DNA of 63,526 bases, filler included, from Stramenopiles sp. TOSAG23-3 (lineage: Eukaryota), in assembly GCA_900128585.1 (NCBI GenBank). It is 12 parts of 12 records of this genome, joined end to end, with 100 filler letters (N's around TTAATTAATTAA, not from the genome) between each part and the next. Parts side by side here need not be neighbours in the genome. Positions count along the whole stretch, not along the records: positions 21,297 to 26,502 come from LT643579.1; positions 26,603 to 31,799 come from LT643580.1; positions 31,900 to 37,093 come from LT643581.1; 9 more parts are not named here. The stretch is one strand, 5' to 3'. The notes under the pieces are model-generated. The model did not search any database. It was given only the letters and a program-made list of their open reading frames with translations, and had not been told where the DNA came from. Positions 22,378 to 33,569 of the stretch are shown here, one piece after another (within the stretch, counting starts at the first letter, position 1; each line of letters starts with the position of its first letter). Made by a program: the position numbers and the translations under genes.

Positions 22378-25300
22378 ATGAGCAGGTATCCAGGGACGGT
22401 CCATGCACATGGGGGTTACCAAAAAAGGGTTGGCAACGACCGAAAAAATGACAGTTCTCAACAGTCACAAAATGTTAGAGGTTATAACTCTAATGTTGTG
22501 AGCCGAACATACAATTCTATACCACCTGCAAATAATTTGGTGCACGGGCCACCAATGTACAATGACAGGCGAGTCGACGGGCATTTTGCTCCCCCAGCGG
22601 GCAACAGACGTCCGCAAGGAGAGTTTCGCTCACAAGGACCTCCGATCTATGGAATACAATCTGAAGCAACCCCACCTGAATTTTCTACTGTTAGTTCAGC
22701 TCCTCCGCTGAATCAGCACGGAAACCTGAGGCTTACGCAAAGTCCTGCTACACACGTTTTGCCGCCGCCAGCATCTCAAGGTCCTGGTACCAGGTTATAT
22801 AAAAAAGATCCCCCTCTCAAAGGCCCTGATAGTCATATCGCTGGAAATGTCCGTGGGCCATTTGGCCACATGCCAAGCACGGGTGTACCGTCCAAAAATA
22901 CGCCCAATGTTGCTTCCACGGTACCTCCATCGGCATCATATAGACGAAATCCGGCTGGTCCAGCTCATAGTAGTATTTATGGAGGGCCACCGTCAGCTCC
23001 TCCTATTGGAAACAGGAGTGGTTCTCAGGAACTAACAGGGCAGGTTGGAACACTCCATCAGCCGACCATAGGTATGCAAACCCACGAGATGATCTCAATT
23101 GACGATAGTCTCCAATGCGACCGTCTATACATGGCTCCTACGGTTGGTGTTGTGCCAGTGTCCGGCACGATGTCAAAAAAGACAAATGTCATCATGGGGG
23201 CCGTGATGCAACCATTAGCCGAGAGTCCGGATGGTAAAGATATTCCTGTAGTGAACTTCGGGGCATCTAGTAAAGTCATACGTTGTAAAGATTGCCGTGC
23301 GTACATTAACCCGTTTGTCCAATTTATTGAAAATGGTCGCCGATGGAAATGTAATATGTGCCACCAGCTAAATGATGTCCCTAAACCTTATTTTTGTCAT
23401 TTGGATTCAAACAACCAGAGGGCAGATATAGGAGAACGCCCAGAGCTGAGGATGGGGCAGGTTGAATTTGTAGCTCCAGGTGACTACATGGTTCGCCCAC
23501 CTCAGGCGCCCTGTTTTGTATTTGTGATCGATGTGTCAATTCATGCAATACAAAGTGGCATACTTGATTCCACTGTCGCTATCATCAGAAGGAATCTAAA
23601 TCAATTACCAGGGAACCCTCGCACCCAAGTTGGTTTCATTACTTTTGATAAAGTCATTCATTTTTACAATTTGAAACATACGCTAAATGCCCCGCAAATG
23701 ATGGTTGTGAGCGACTTGAATGATATTTTTTTACCGGTGCCTGAGGATCTCCTGGTAAATTTGAGTGAAAGTGCAAATATTATTGACACCTTGTTAGATG
23801 AGCTGCCAGAAATGTTTAAGGGCAATAGTTGCCGAGATGCTGCTTTGGGGGCTGCTGTCAATGCTGCATTCCTTACCATGAGCCATATTGGTGGAAAGAT
23901 GTGTGTCTTTCAAGCAAGTTTACCAACGATAGGGCCAGGTGCCCTTAAGAGGCGAGACAACCCAAAACTACTTGGAACCGAGCAGGAGCACAAATTACTC
24001 TGCCCTGAGAACCCATACTACCAAAAAAAAGCTACCGAGCTAATAAAACATCAAATTGGTGTTGATCTGTTCTTGTTTTCGGGCGAATACACAGATGTTG
24101 CAACTCTAGCAAACCTGCCGAAGTACACAGGCGGCACCACATATTACTACCCCGGATTTAACCCCACTAGAGACGGAGAACGATTTTCACAAGAGCTGGA
24201 ACGAACTTTGACGAGGGAGATGGCTTGGGAAGCAGTAGCACGGGTGCGCATCACAAATGGAATGAGAATAACTAACTTTTTTGGAAACTATCAGTTTCGA
24301 GGAAAGGATTTGTTAGCCCTGCCGAATTTTAGCGCGGATAGTACTTTTAGTTGTGAATTTGTACATGAAAAAAAAGTTCTTCAAACAGACACCGTCTGTT
24401 TGCAAAGTGCTCTTCTTTACACGACTAGTTTAGGAGAGCGAAGGATACGGGTGAACACGATTGCTTTGCCCACTACAAACTCAGAAATCGACGTATTTAA
24501 AAGTGTCCGAATGAATGCATTATGTAACCTCATGATGAAAAAAGCTTGTGATCGTTCGGTTCAGGCTGGGATATCATCCGGCCGTATGATGTTACAAAAT
24601 GATTGCACAAATGTCGTTCGAGGGCAACGAATGATAAATGTTTCAAACAACATCGGGGGTTACACGGGAATACAGCAAAGCCAAAGTCCATCCCAAGGAA
24701 TAAATTTACCGGAACAGATGACTTTGCTTCCTCTTAACACAATGGCTTTAATGAAAAGTTTAGCATTTAGAGGAGGGAACTCAATTCGGTCAGACGAGCG
24801 TTCGTACATATATGCATTAATTAGCGTCATGCCAATCACCCAAAGTATTCCATTTATATACCCACGAATGTACGCTCTACATACCATGTCTGAGACTGCG
24901 GGTAGAATTTTGGAGAAGCACGAAGATTTTAAATCAGGTGCTTTGCGGTGCTTTGGCGGGGATGTTATCGAAATGCCCAAGCAATTAGGGCTAACTGCGG
25001 AGCGATTATCTAGCGAAGGTTGCTTCTTGCTTGATAACGGAATCGACATATTCTTATGGATCGGGCAAGCGATGCCATCAAAATTAATTTCAAGCTTGTT
25101 CGGTTTGGAGACGCTTAATGACATAGACTGTAATCAGCTGCGTTTAGAAAATGGCCACGATAAGTTTTGCACACAAGTCCATAACATTGTTCGCGCGTGT
25201 CGAGCGCAAAATCCATCTCACGGAACTCTCCGCGTTGTGCGGGAAAATGGACCGTTGGAGAGTAGATTTTTTATGCACCTTGTCGAAGACCGAGCGAATT

Positions 25301-25404
25301 TCTCTGGGGGTGCGTTCTCCTATGCAGAATTTATGGATATAATGCAGCGCCAAAGTTCGGGTATGATAGCAACAAATGCTAGCACATTGCAAAGGCGGTA
25401 TTGA
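22378..25404 (+). CDS. SEC24: COPII coat subunit Sec24 (Sec24A/B-like)
   Basis: Pro-rich N-terminus, zinc finger RCKDCRAYINPF...WKCNMC, EFVAPGDYMVRPP, trunk FVIDVS, QSALLYTTSLGERRIRV and gelsolin-like FLLDNG. Intronless. Confidence 0.97.
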   Translation: MSRYPGTVHAHGGYQKRVGNDRKNDSSQQSQNVRGYNSNVVSRTYNSIPPANNLVHGPPMYNDRRVDGHFAPPAGNRRPQGEFRSQGPPIYGIQSEATPPEFSTVSSAPPLNQHGNLRLTQSPATHVLPPPASQGPGTRLYKKDPPLKGPDSHIAGNVRGPFGHMPSTGVPSKNTPNVASTVPPSASYRRNPAGPAHSSIYGGPPSAPPIGNRSGSQELTGQVGTLHQPTIGMQTHEMISIDDSLQCDRLYMAPTVGVVPVSGTMSKKTNVIMGAVMQPLAESPDGKDIPVVNFGASSKVIRCKDCRAYINPFVQFIENGRRWKCNMCHQLNDVPKPYFCHLDSNNQRADIGERPELRMGQVEFVAPGDYMVRPPQAPCFVFVIDVSIHAIQSGILDSTVAIIRRNLNQLPGNPRTQVGFITFDKVIHFYNLKHTLNAPQMMVVSDLNDIFLPVPEDLLVNLSESANIIDTLLDELPEMFKGNSCRDAALGAAVNAAFLTMSHIGGKMCVFQASLPTIGPGALKRRDNPKLLGTEQEHKLLCPENPYYQKKATELIKHQIGVDLFLFSGEYTDVATLANLPKYTGGTTYYYPGFNPTRDGERFSQELERTLTREMAWEAVARVRITNGMRITNFFGNYQFRGKDLLALPNFSADSTFSCEFVHEKKVLQTDTVCLQSALLYTTSLGERRIRVNTIALPTTNSEIDVFKSVRMNALCNLMMKKACDRSVQAGISSGRMMLQNDCTNVVRGQRMINVSNNIGGYTGIQQSQSPSQGINLPEQMTLLPLNTMALMKSLAFRGGNSIRSDERSYIYALISVMPITQSIPFIYPRMYALHTMSETAGRILEKHEDFKSGALRCFGGDVIEMPKQLGLTAERLSSEGCFLLDNGIDIFLWIGQAMPSKLISSLFGLETLNDIDCNQLRLENGHDKFCTQVHNIVRACRAQNPSHGTLRVVRENGPLESRFFMHLVEDRANFSGGAFSYAEFMDIMQRQSSGMIATNASTLQRRY

Positions 25405-25624
25405 CAATGTTAAAATTAATTTCAGTAATGGGGGCGGGGGAAAGAAAAAGAAGATGTACACGAGAAGATATTACAGAGCATTTTAGTGCGCTGCATGCAT
25501 GCCCAATAAATTTCCCTGCGGCATTCAAGTCTATTTTTTTAAATTCGCGTGATATTCGTGGAACCATCGTTCACGACCAAGAGACAAATTGAGACATGAA
25601 GGTATCACATAATCAAAATAATGG

Positions 25625-26502
25625 TTGTTAGTGTCAACCTCGGAAGACAACAGTGGAGTCGTGTCCGCGACAGAACCGCACAGCTCGAACGATGAGCAAT
25701 CCAGTAATGCCCCGACCCTAGTAGTGTCAACCCCAGACGACGACACAGAAGTACAACCCTCAACGCAATCATCAGATGACATGACCCCAGACGCCCATGC
25801 CCCAGTAAACGACAGCGAAGTTCAAGCCTCACCGCCACCCTCGGACGCCCCGACTTTACCAGTGTCATCCTCGGACAAATAGGTAGGGGAGGAGGAGGTG
25901 GACCAGGGCATCTCCAGCAGGACGTGATCCCGACTACCACACCGGACAATCACAGCACCGCCCACTGAACCTTTACAACCGCAACAAAACCCAGAAATGC
26001 CGATCACACACACCGACCCGAACGACCCTCCTCCGCCACCTCAACTCACAAATGACCAGCCATTATTTTTTTTCTTTGGGTATTCGCAGTACATGAAGGA
26101 AAGTACACCTTCAGTGGACAAAAGGAGCAGATTCACATTCGCGGTTCATGAAGAAGATTATAGTAAGTTCTAATAATTTTTAAAACAAGAAAGTTGGCTG
26201 TTATTTAAGTAATGGATGGACTGGTAGATACTCTCATTTTATTTTGTGTATAGCTAGCTGTATAGCTATTGTTTAGATATTAAAAAAAAAATTAAACTAT
26301 TAGTTAAAAGACTACTGAAATTTCCAATTCATCCTGCCACTGCAATGTAATTTGTTTTAGTCCACTAAAAGCTACAAAGTATCAATCTACGGATTTAAAA
26401 CAGGAAAATTGGCTGTTGTTATTACCCCGGCTATTGCACCGCCGATCGAAAATATCACAAACGACCCTCCCCCGACATCTCAACCCACAGATAACAACCC
26501 CT
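25625..26502 (+). pseudogene. Decayed Pro/Ser/Thr/Asp-rich coding relic interspersed with repeat motifs
   Basis: Short repeated peptides (LVSTSED, VVSTPDD, PVSSSD; TEPLQPQQNPEMPITHTDPNDPPP; ITNDPPPTSQP) broken by stops. A homologous piece lies inverted at 17665-17741. Confidence 0.5.
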
Positions 26503-26602
26503 NNNNNNNNNNNNNNNNNNNNNNNNNNNNNNNNNNNNNNNNNNNNTTAATTAATTAANNNNNNNNNNNNNNNNNNNNNNNNNNNNNNNNNNNNNNNNNN
26601 NN

Positions 26603-26681
26603 AGGGCAGCTTGGAGCAATTAATGGTGGTGCCGCCATATTAAAGACAAAGGGCAGTGAAACGATAAACCCGATACCGACC
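26603..26681. repeat. 79-bp perfect inverted repeat forming both ends of contig 6 (partner at 31721-31799)
   Basis: 26603-26681 is the exact reverse complement of 31721-31799. Confidence 0.97.
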
Positions 26682-27434
26682 ATGCCGGATTTTATGGTCG
26701 ACGCGTCCCATGCTTCAGAACCCCCTTCAGTTGGCAAAGTGTCCATTGGCTACGGCACCTCGTCTGAAAAAACTATGCAAGATCCTTTCCCAACGCCGCA
26801 GCAACCCATGGGTTGGGGACTGACGTCTTCGTCGGCACTGAACCCGATGTACTCACCGCCGGTCGTCGGGGGGCCAAGTGGGAACACCAATAATGGAAAT
26901 CAGTATTTGACTTCAACTGACCCTGCATTGAACATTATGCCTAAAGCGAGTGATATAAGTGTCCCTGATGCGTTTATTCAGATCAACAATAAAAAGTCGT
27001 TGGCTAAAAAAGAAATACCTGAATTCATGTCGCAACCAGATTCCCCCAGCATTGCCGGAAGCGGCGTTACGGTTATAAATAGCGTGGGAAGTCCCGTTCC
27101 TGCAGTTGCGGCAAATATGCCCGCCTATCCTGTAAACGGTGGAGCACCTTTACACCCATCCTCTTATAGTTACGGCAACACCCACTTACTTGCAAATTCA
27201 CAGCCGGCAGCTCCTTCTTTGCTAGAGAAAGCAGAGGCATATAGAAGCAAAAAGGAGATTCCGGAATTTATGGCCCAGCCGGATTCTCCGAGCATTGCTG
27301 GAAGCGACACGAGTGCGCTTCAAAACGCAGGCAACCTGATTCCGGCGACAGCATCCAACATGCCAGCGTATCCGACAAATGGGGGTGCCCCGGTTCATCC
27401 CGCAGCATATGCATACAGTGGTGCTGGTACATAA
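26604..27434 (+). CDS. 5'-partial Pro/Ser/Ala-rich protein with an internal duplication
   Basis: Open from the contig edge. Two copies of KKEIPEFM(S/A)QPDSPSIAGS...NMPAYP.NGGAP.HP..Y.Y. Confidence 0.7.
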   Translation, partial: GQLGAINGGAAILKTKGSETINPIPTMPDFMVDASHASEPPSVGKVSIGYGTSSEKTMQDPFPTPQQPMGWGLTSSSALNPMYSPPVVGGPSGNTNNGNQYLTSTDPALNIMPKASDISVPDAFIQINNKKSLAKKEIPEFMSQPDSPSIAGSGVTVINSVGSPVPAVAANMPAYPVNGGAPLHPSSYSYGNTHLLANSQPAAPSLLEKAEAYRSKKEIPEFMAQPDSPSIAGSDTSALQNAGNLIPATASNMPAYPTNGGAPVHPAAYAYSGAGT

Positions 27435-27687
27435 TTGCTTTCGAACCCATCTCCTTCACTGAGTAGTAAGAATTTTTGTTTTTTGTTGAACGGGGGGGCT
27501 ATTTACGCTTAATTTAATTCTTAAATCTTAAATAAAACAACACCCTAGCTTAAAATTTTATTACACATATAACACAGAACACGCTTACTTACATGTGTTT
27601 ATACATTTGGTATACAAAAATGAAAATAGGAATATATTGACATATCATATGATCATATTGGACATATAGTATAGAAGAAAAAAAACA

Positions 27688-28170
27688 AATTATATAGTGT
27701 ATGACATATGCTTTTTAAGACTCTCATTGTATATCATTTACGATTTCAGGTTCAACCCTGATCCTATCTTGATGTTTTGAATTGATTTTTTAATTTCTTT
27801 TTGGTTGTCAATCACTGAGGAATTATTTATATTCTTCCAATTGGATTTGAAGTAGTATTTGATTTAAAATGAGAGTCTTAAAACATACTATATAATTTAT
27901 TTTTTTTTATTCTTCCAATGAGAAGAATTGATACCAAGTGGCAATATTATTATATTCATCCCCTCGGTGATTGACAACCAACAACGAAACAAAATTACAG
28001 AATCAATTTAAGAATTAAATTAATTAATTAATAAAAAAATAACAGCCAATTTTCTTGTTTTTAATATAGAAGTACAATTGAATCGGTATAAATTAGTAAT
28101 AGTTTACAAAAAGAACAGGAATTGCACATATAAAAAAAACAAGAAAATTGGCTGTTATTTAAGTAATTAA
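27688..28170. mobile_element. Cluster of inverted repeats, MITE-like dispersed family
   Basis: Perfect 26-bp IR 28037-28062/28135-28160 (AAAAACAAGAAAATTGGCTGTTATTT). 19/20 IR 27801-27820/27962-27981. Degenerate IR 27688-27729/27868-27897. Some of these motifs recur on other contigs. Confidence 0.55.
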
Positions 28171-28438
28171 ATTTAGCTTCGTCGTACCCTAATCCTAACT
28201 TGATTCTTTCCTCATCCGATATCTCACTCAGAGATAAATCAATCCTTGTACCATTTTCCAAGCAGCGGCTTATTTGTTGTTATATAAAAGTACGAAATCT
28301 AAAGGCCGCAAATATACAGGGAAAATTGTTACTATTTTTTCCAAATTCCAGCTTTAAAAAAATCAAAAATCGGGCTCTCCTCTGTAAACCTTTTTCCTTC
28401 ACAGAGTCTTTCATTAAGTTTAGAATTTACTTTTAAAT

Positions 28439-31400
28439 CTACACTACTTCGTCGGCAACTGTCGAAAGAACACTCCAACGCATTCCTTGGTGCAAGCCAT
28501 TGGAAACAATAGACTCCGAAACAGGGCGCGAAGTTATTTCAGAGGGGGTGGGAAGTCTGGGGGCGCACGAAGGCCTACCTTCGTGGATTTGATCAGTCGC
28601 AGTCGCGTTTCGTTTTCTTCCTTCGCCTCCTAGAACACGTAAAGTTCCTCTAAGACTGGACACTATGTTAACGTGTACACGCTGCATTTTTTTTGCAAGA
28701 ACCCAATCGACACCTATATCTTCCCCTGAAATGGTGGATATCATCACTGTCGCGCTGTGGTCTGCCTGGCTGAAGTTTTCAAACAATGCTTCTGCAAGTT
28801 TATGTTTACGACGTTTATGATTTTCTAGATGAAACATTTCAAAAAAACGATCCCTCGTTTCTTTCGGGACTCGCTGTTTGAGGCGAGTATACACTGATGC
28901 GCGTTCAGCACCCGATGACTTCACTGAACTGGTCCCATTCATTTTTTTTAACTTTGCGATGACCCCAGCGTCCCTGGCCATGTATGTAGAAATGCGGGCA
29001 TTCCCTACTGTTTTCTTTTTGTTTTGTATTACCATCTCTTCTCTCAACCGTTGGACTTCGTCCATGTGTACACCCATTTCAAGAAACGTTGGTTGCTCTC
29101 CGCCAAACAGTATCCAGAACTTAGCACGATACAATAAAGGTTTGTCCAAAGATTTCCATAACCCGAACAATTCTTTTCGTAAAACTGCAACTTTTGCGAC
29201 GCGCCGTTGCAGAGACCTAACACGACACTGCAAACCACGAATTACGGATTGCACACGTGTTGCGCTATTTTTTGCTGTGTTTAAAATTCGCTTGCATGTG
29301 TGCATTCTGTACACACTGGCTAGTTTCGTCGCAGCAGTAAGCCTTCTGTGGTGGAACAAAACATGCAAACGCACAAATCTTTGCGTCACCACTGCCGCGT
29401 TTCGTTTCCGCAGCAACGGTGTGCGACGCCGCATACGCCCCCAAGCACACTGGATGCAAATGATAGCTTTTCGCTGTTTCAAGTAACGGCTCCGAGCAAC
29501 GCGCCGCCTCCAAGTGTTTTGTGCGCGTATAATTCCCAGTTCCCGTTTCTCCCATGTCAGAGTGTTTTTCTGTGTGCTCTCGTCTACGTCGATTTCAATC
29601 AGATCTTCGATCCCCAGCATTCGCTTCATTTCGATTGAACGGTTCCTGCGCCTTTCCGCTACAGTCAATTCGGGTTTTGGGTCCTCTGTCTCCCCCTCAC
29701 TATTGGAGTCGGCTTCTTCTCCCCAGTCCGCAGTAGTGTGCAGCTGCAGGAGGACTTGTGCGACAGCCGCATTTGCCCTTCGTTGAACCTCGTAATCAGC
29801 AATTCGCCGAGGGCGACGGACGGCCCCATAGTTCTTTTCAACTAATTTAGGGAACGCCCCACTGGGATATGAATACTTCATTAACGATCCGTCAGTCTTA
29901 TTTACATTCGGTAACGGCAAAGGCGCAATAAATTTGTTGTGTTCATCCCACTCAACGCTGTCTATGAAAGACGTCGGTTTTTTTGTTCGAAGCTTGATGC
30001 TCCTGTTCAGTTTTGCGTTAATGTGTTCTTTGAACAATTGTACAGCATAACCCACTTCGGTTTTCGACGCGCATCCCTCGCGACCGGGGCTTTCTGTTCG
30101 GTCGCGAATGAAACCGTCCCACATTTGGGTTCGCATTAATACTTTTAGAAATGGTCGGTCGGCCCTATCCATTGATGCTAGAAAAGCGCCTTCAACTATA
30201 TCCGTACCGGCTTCGTTAATGTGTTTTTCATAATCCTGCAAAACAGCACACATAAAACGTAGAAAACTTTGGCGAACGGCTTCATCATTAAACTCTTCGA
30301 CCCCCCCCCCTTTCGCTGCATGCTATAACCCGCACCCTCTTCCCCATCAAAATAAGTATGCTCAATGGTCCCTTCTGCCAACGCGAAACTGTCGATCGGA
30401 ATGAGAGGCTCCCAGTCTGGAAACAATTCATCGTCCTTCGAGAGAAGAATACTGGGATTGCGAGTGCGCGAGACTCGACCCGCCCCAAGGCTACTATCTT
30501 GCGCATTTTGGCTGTTTTGCGGGCCACCATTTCCTTGAAAAGAATCATCGCGGTCGATATTCATAGAATTCAGCTGCTTCAATAGCTTCAGCCCATCGTG
30601 CCGTGGGAGCTCTGGAGTTTGAGCAAGTTGATCGAAGTACACATCGCCAGTGTCCAAGTCAACGAAGCATGCATCCAACGGGCGCCTATTAGAGCCAAGC
30701 AACTGATGAAATGCATCATTCGATACGCCCACAATAAAAGGCACAGGCGCATCCAACACATCATTCAAACTGGGTGGCAGAACAGGTATAAATATTCCAG
30801 CCCAGAAGAAAGGGAACAATAACTTTAGCAACGCATCCAAGCATGGCGTTAACACGCTTCTCGTTTTGCTGCCAGCTATAATTTTTACCTCGAGCAACAA
30901 AAGCCGCCATATCAAAACTACTTTGTCAACACTCAAACGACTGAAAAGTATTTCCAAGCAGTAGTCGCCAATTTGAGGCAGCTTGTTTACAGGGGGTCGC
31001 CGCAGCACGATCGTTGTATCTGCAACATTGATAACGACCTGAATGACTCCTCGGGGTGGTGCAGGGGTTTCGCCACAAAAATTGGAAACATATTTTTCCA
31101 AAGGGACGGGTGCAGTGGACATTGAAATACGATAAATTTGTCTCAGAAACGTTCGAAACTGAAACAAAAAAGGATACTTAGACACCACACATAAACCTTT
31201 TGCAGCATACACAGGCATTCTACGGGCAATCTTTGAATGGTCAAGTAAAAGTGAACTACCACCGAATTCTTCTTGCGCAACGCTACTGTTGCACCATTTA
31301 GGGACAGGCTTCACTTCAGGGTTGTTGATGAATAGGCAGGCAACTTCTAGGGGGTCACACTGCTCATAAAAGTGCAAAACGGCGCAATAGTAGCGCGAAC

Positions 31401-31798
31401 CGCTTACACCAGTCAGTACGAACCAGAAAAATTTTGGGGGGGGGGGGCTTTGATACAATTTGGACGTTGTCGGGAAATGCGAAAGAAGCCACTTGGTCTG
31501 GTCGAATAGCATCTTTTGGCAACTTATTTTTTTGAGTCATTACGGACGGAAACGCACTTAACACCTTCGGGGAAAATGCAATCCCATCGGGAGCTTTCGA
31601 ATGCACGATTTCTCTTGCATTCATATCTTTTGACAATGTTTTGCCTCGACCCATCACAACAAACATTTCTACCAACTTTGGCTCCGTACTACTAGCAGCG
31701 TCAACACCGCCACCAGGCTGGGTCGGTATCGGGTTTATCGTTTCACTGCCCTTTGTCTTTAATATGGCGGCACCACCATTAATTGCTCCAAGCTGCCC
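28439..31798 (-). CDS. DENN-domain Rab GEF with C-terminal IQ motifs (5' partial; frameshifts at 31436-31447 and 30301-30310)
   Basis: uDENN KLVEMFVVMG...FAFP, then FWFVLTG...YCAVLHFYE. cDENN LCVVSKYPF, LLFPFFW..IFIPVLP..L.DVLDAPVPFIVGV, FVDLD. dDENN FNDEAVRQSFLRFMCAVLQDY...TQMWDGFI. IQ-like repeats (IQCAW, VQSVIRG). Three ORFs join at two homopolymers. Confidence 0.9.
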
Positions 31799-31984
31799 TN
31801 NNNNNNNNNNNNNNNNNNNNNNNNNNNNNNNNNNNNNNNNNNNTTAATTAATTAANNNNNNNNNNNNNNNNNNNNNNNNNNNNNNNNNNNNNNNNNNNNG
31901 GTAGAACGGAAAGGTACACTATTTGTATTTCGTGTTGATTTACTGTTGAAGTATTTCATAGCTTGATCCATACGTACGTTCACG

Positions 31985-33278
31985 ATGGGACAGACATTAT
32001 CAACCACGTTGACCGTCTACATTTCGTTGGTCGTTCTGGTGGCCTCGGGTGCGAACGGTGTGTCGCTACGAAAGAACAACGGCATTCCGAAAGGTTACAA
32101 ATCCCTAGGGAGTGGGTACTTTGTGTCCGAATCCGGTTTCGATTACTTCTTTGCAAATGGTAGTCGCGATCCGTCGAAATGGAACAAACTGAAGGGCGTG
32201 AGCGGTGATCTGAACGACCTGAAGGCAGGGTACGCCTGCTCCGCCTTTGCCTGCTACTTCCGAGGGACGAAGTTCTCCGTGGCCGGGGACTTGAAGGTCC
32301 TTAAGTACGGCATTACGCCGACGCGATACGCCAGCGATGCCTTCAATGCATACTATGATGGGGTGAAAATCCGCGGGGCGGCGGGCGAGATGGAGCCTGT
32401 CTCCTTGTACTACGGAAAGGACGCGTTCAACTCGTTCTTCCAGGGGGTGAAGATGAAGGGCGTCGTCGGGGACGTCAAGAGCCTAGGGAGCCGGTACGCA
32501 ACGGACGACATGAACAACCTCTTTTATGGGGCGAACAAGATCGGCAACGCCGTCAACTTTAAGCGCTTAGACGGGGGCTATGTCGTCAGCTCGAACGATT
32601 GCTACTACCTTGGGAAAAAAATCGGAAGCGCAAGCCCTGGGGGTGGCTGCGCGAACCTCAAGACCTTCAAGGTCGATGGCAAGTCCTCAAGCTGGGCAAA
32701 AGGAGACGGGAAAATCTACCATAAAGGCAAAGAGTTCTCACACGCCATGGGGAAAGACGTGTCCCCGCTGGGGGGGGGGGTACGTAAAAGTCGGGCACAA
32801 ATTCTTCTACAAGGGGGCCGAAACGGCCGCCCATATCTCGCTGAAAGTGTTTGGGAACACTGGGTACGCCGTCGACGCAGCCACCAAATTGTACTACAAC
32901 GGGGAGTGGGCCGCCGACGGCGTCGTTGGTTTCAATTGCGAGGATGGGGACGTTTACTGCGGGGCTGGGCACATCTGGTTCTACAAAGGGATGAAAATGG
33001 ACCAACATCAGGTCATGGGGCTGAAGCCATACGACTACGGGTTTGCAGCAAACCGGTTTTACGTATTCTTTGAAGGAGAAATGTTTACTCCGAGGTTTAG
33101 TGGAGGACAATTTAGCTGCTTAAGTGAGCCAGGGTACTGCGGGTACCAAGGGAACTGGTACTACGGTGCGCCAGGGAAGAAGCCCATACAGTTTAAGCAG
33201 TGGGTAGATTTCTCAGTTAAAGACGGCAAAGTTGTGGATAGCCAGGGAAACCAGTATGTCCACGGGAAAAAAGTGTGA
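31985..33278 (+). CDS. Secreted DKNYY-like Tyr/Gly beta-repeat protein (frameshift at G11 32770-32780)
   Basis: Signal peptide. Repeats such as YASDAFNAYYDGVKI, YGKDAFNSFFQGVKM, YATDDMNNLFYG, WAKGDGKIYHKGKEF, YAVDAATKLYYNG and FAANRFYVFFEG. The repeats continue in ORF 32580..33278 after the G run. Confidence 0.7.
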
Positions 33279-33569
33279 GCACCTTTTATTTGAGACTGAG
33301 ATACAGGATAAACTTACAGGTGTAGTCTCAGTCTGTTAATCATTTACTTTTCGTGCTCGTACTTAGTTTTTGTACTTATCGTAAAAGAGAGTGTAAGAAT
33401 ATCTCTAAAAGGGTTAACAAAATAAATTAAACAAATTTATGTAGTAGTATAAAAGGGTTAACAAAACAAATTAAATTAGGATTTTAATTATGACTCTGAA
33501 AAAAAAATATTCCCATATTTTGGTCGTTGCCTTGGGGTTTGTCTTCAGCTGTTTCTTTTAACCTTTAAC

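Noticed and set aside
27746..27761. T-arm-like hairpin TCAGG-TTCAAC-CCTGA
   Set aside because: Isolated hairpin in AT-rich DNA with no cloverleaf.
26603..31799. Contig 6 as a TIR transposon, Polinton or linear plasmid
   Set aside because: No transposase, integrase or polymerase. The interior holds ordinary truncated host genes and the IRs coincide with the contig ends.
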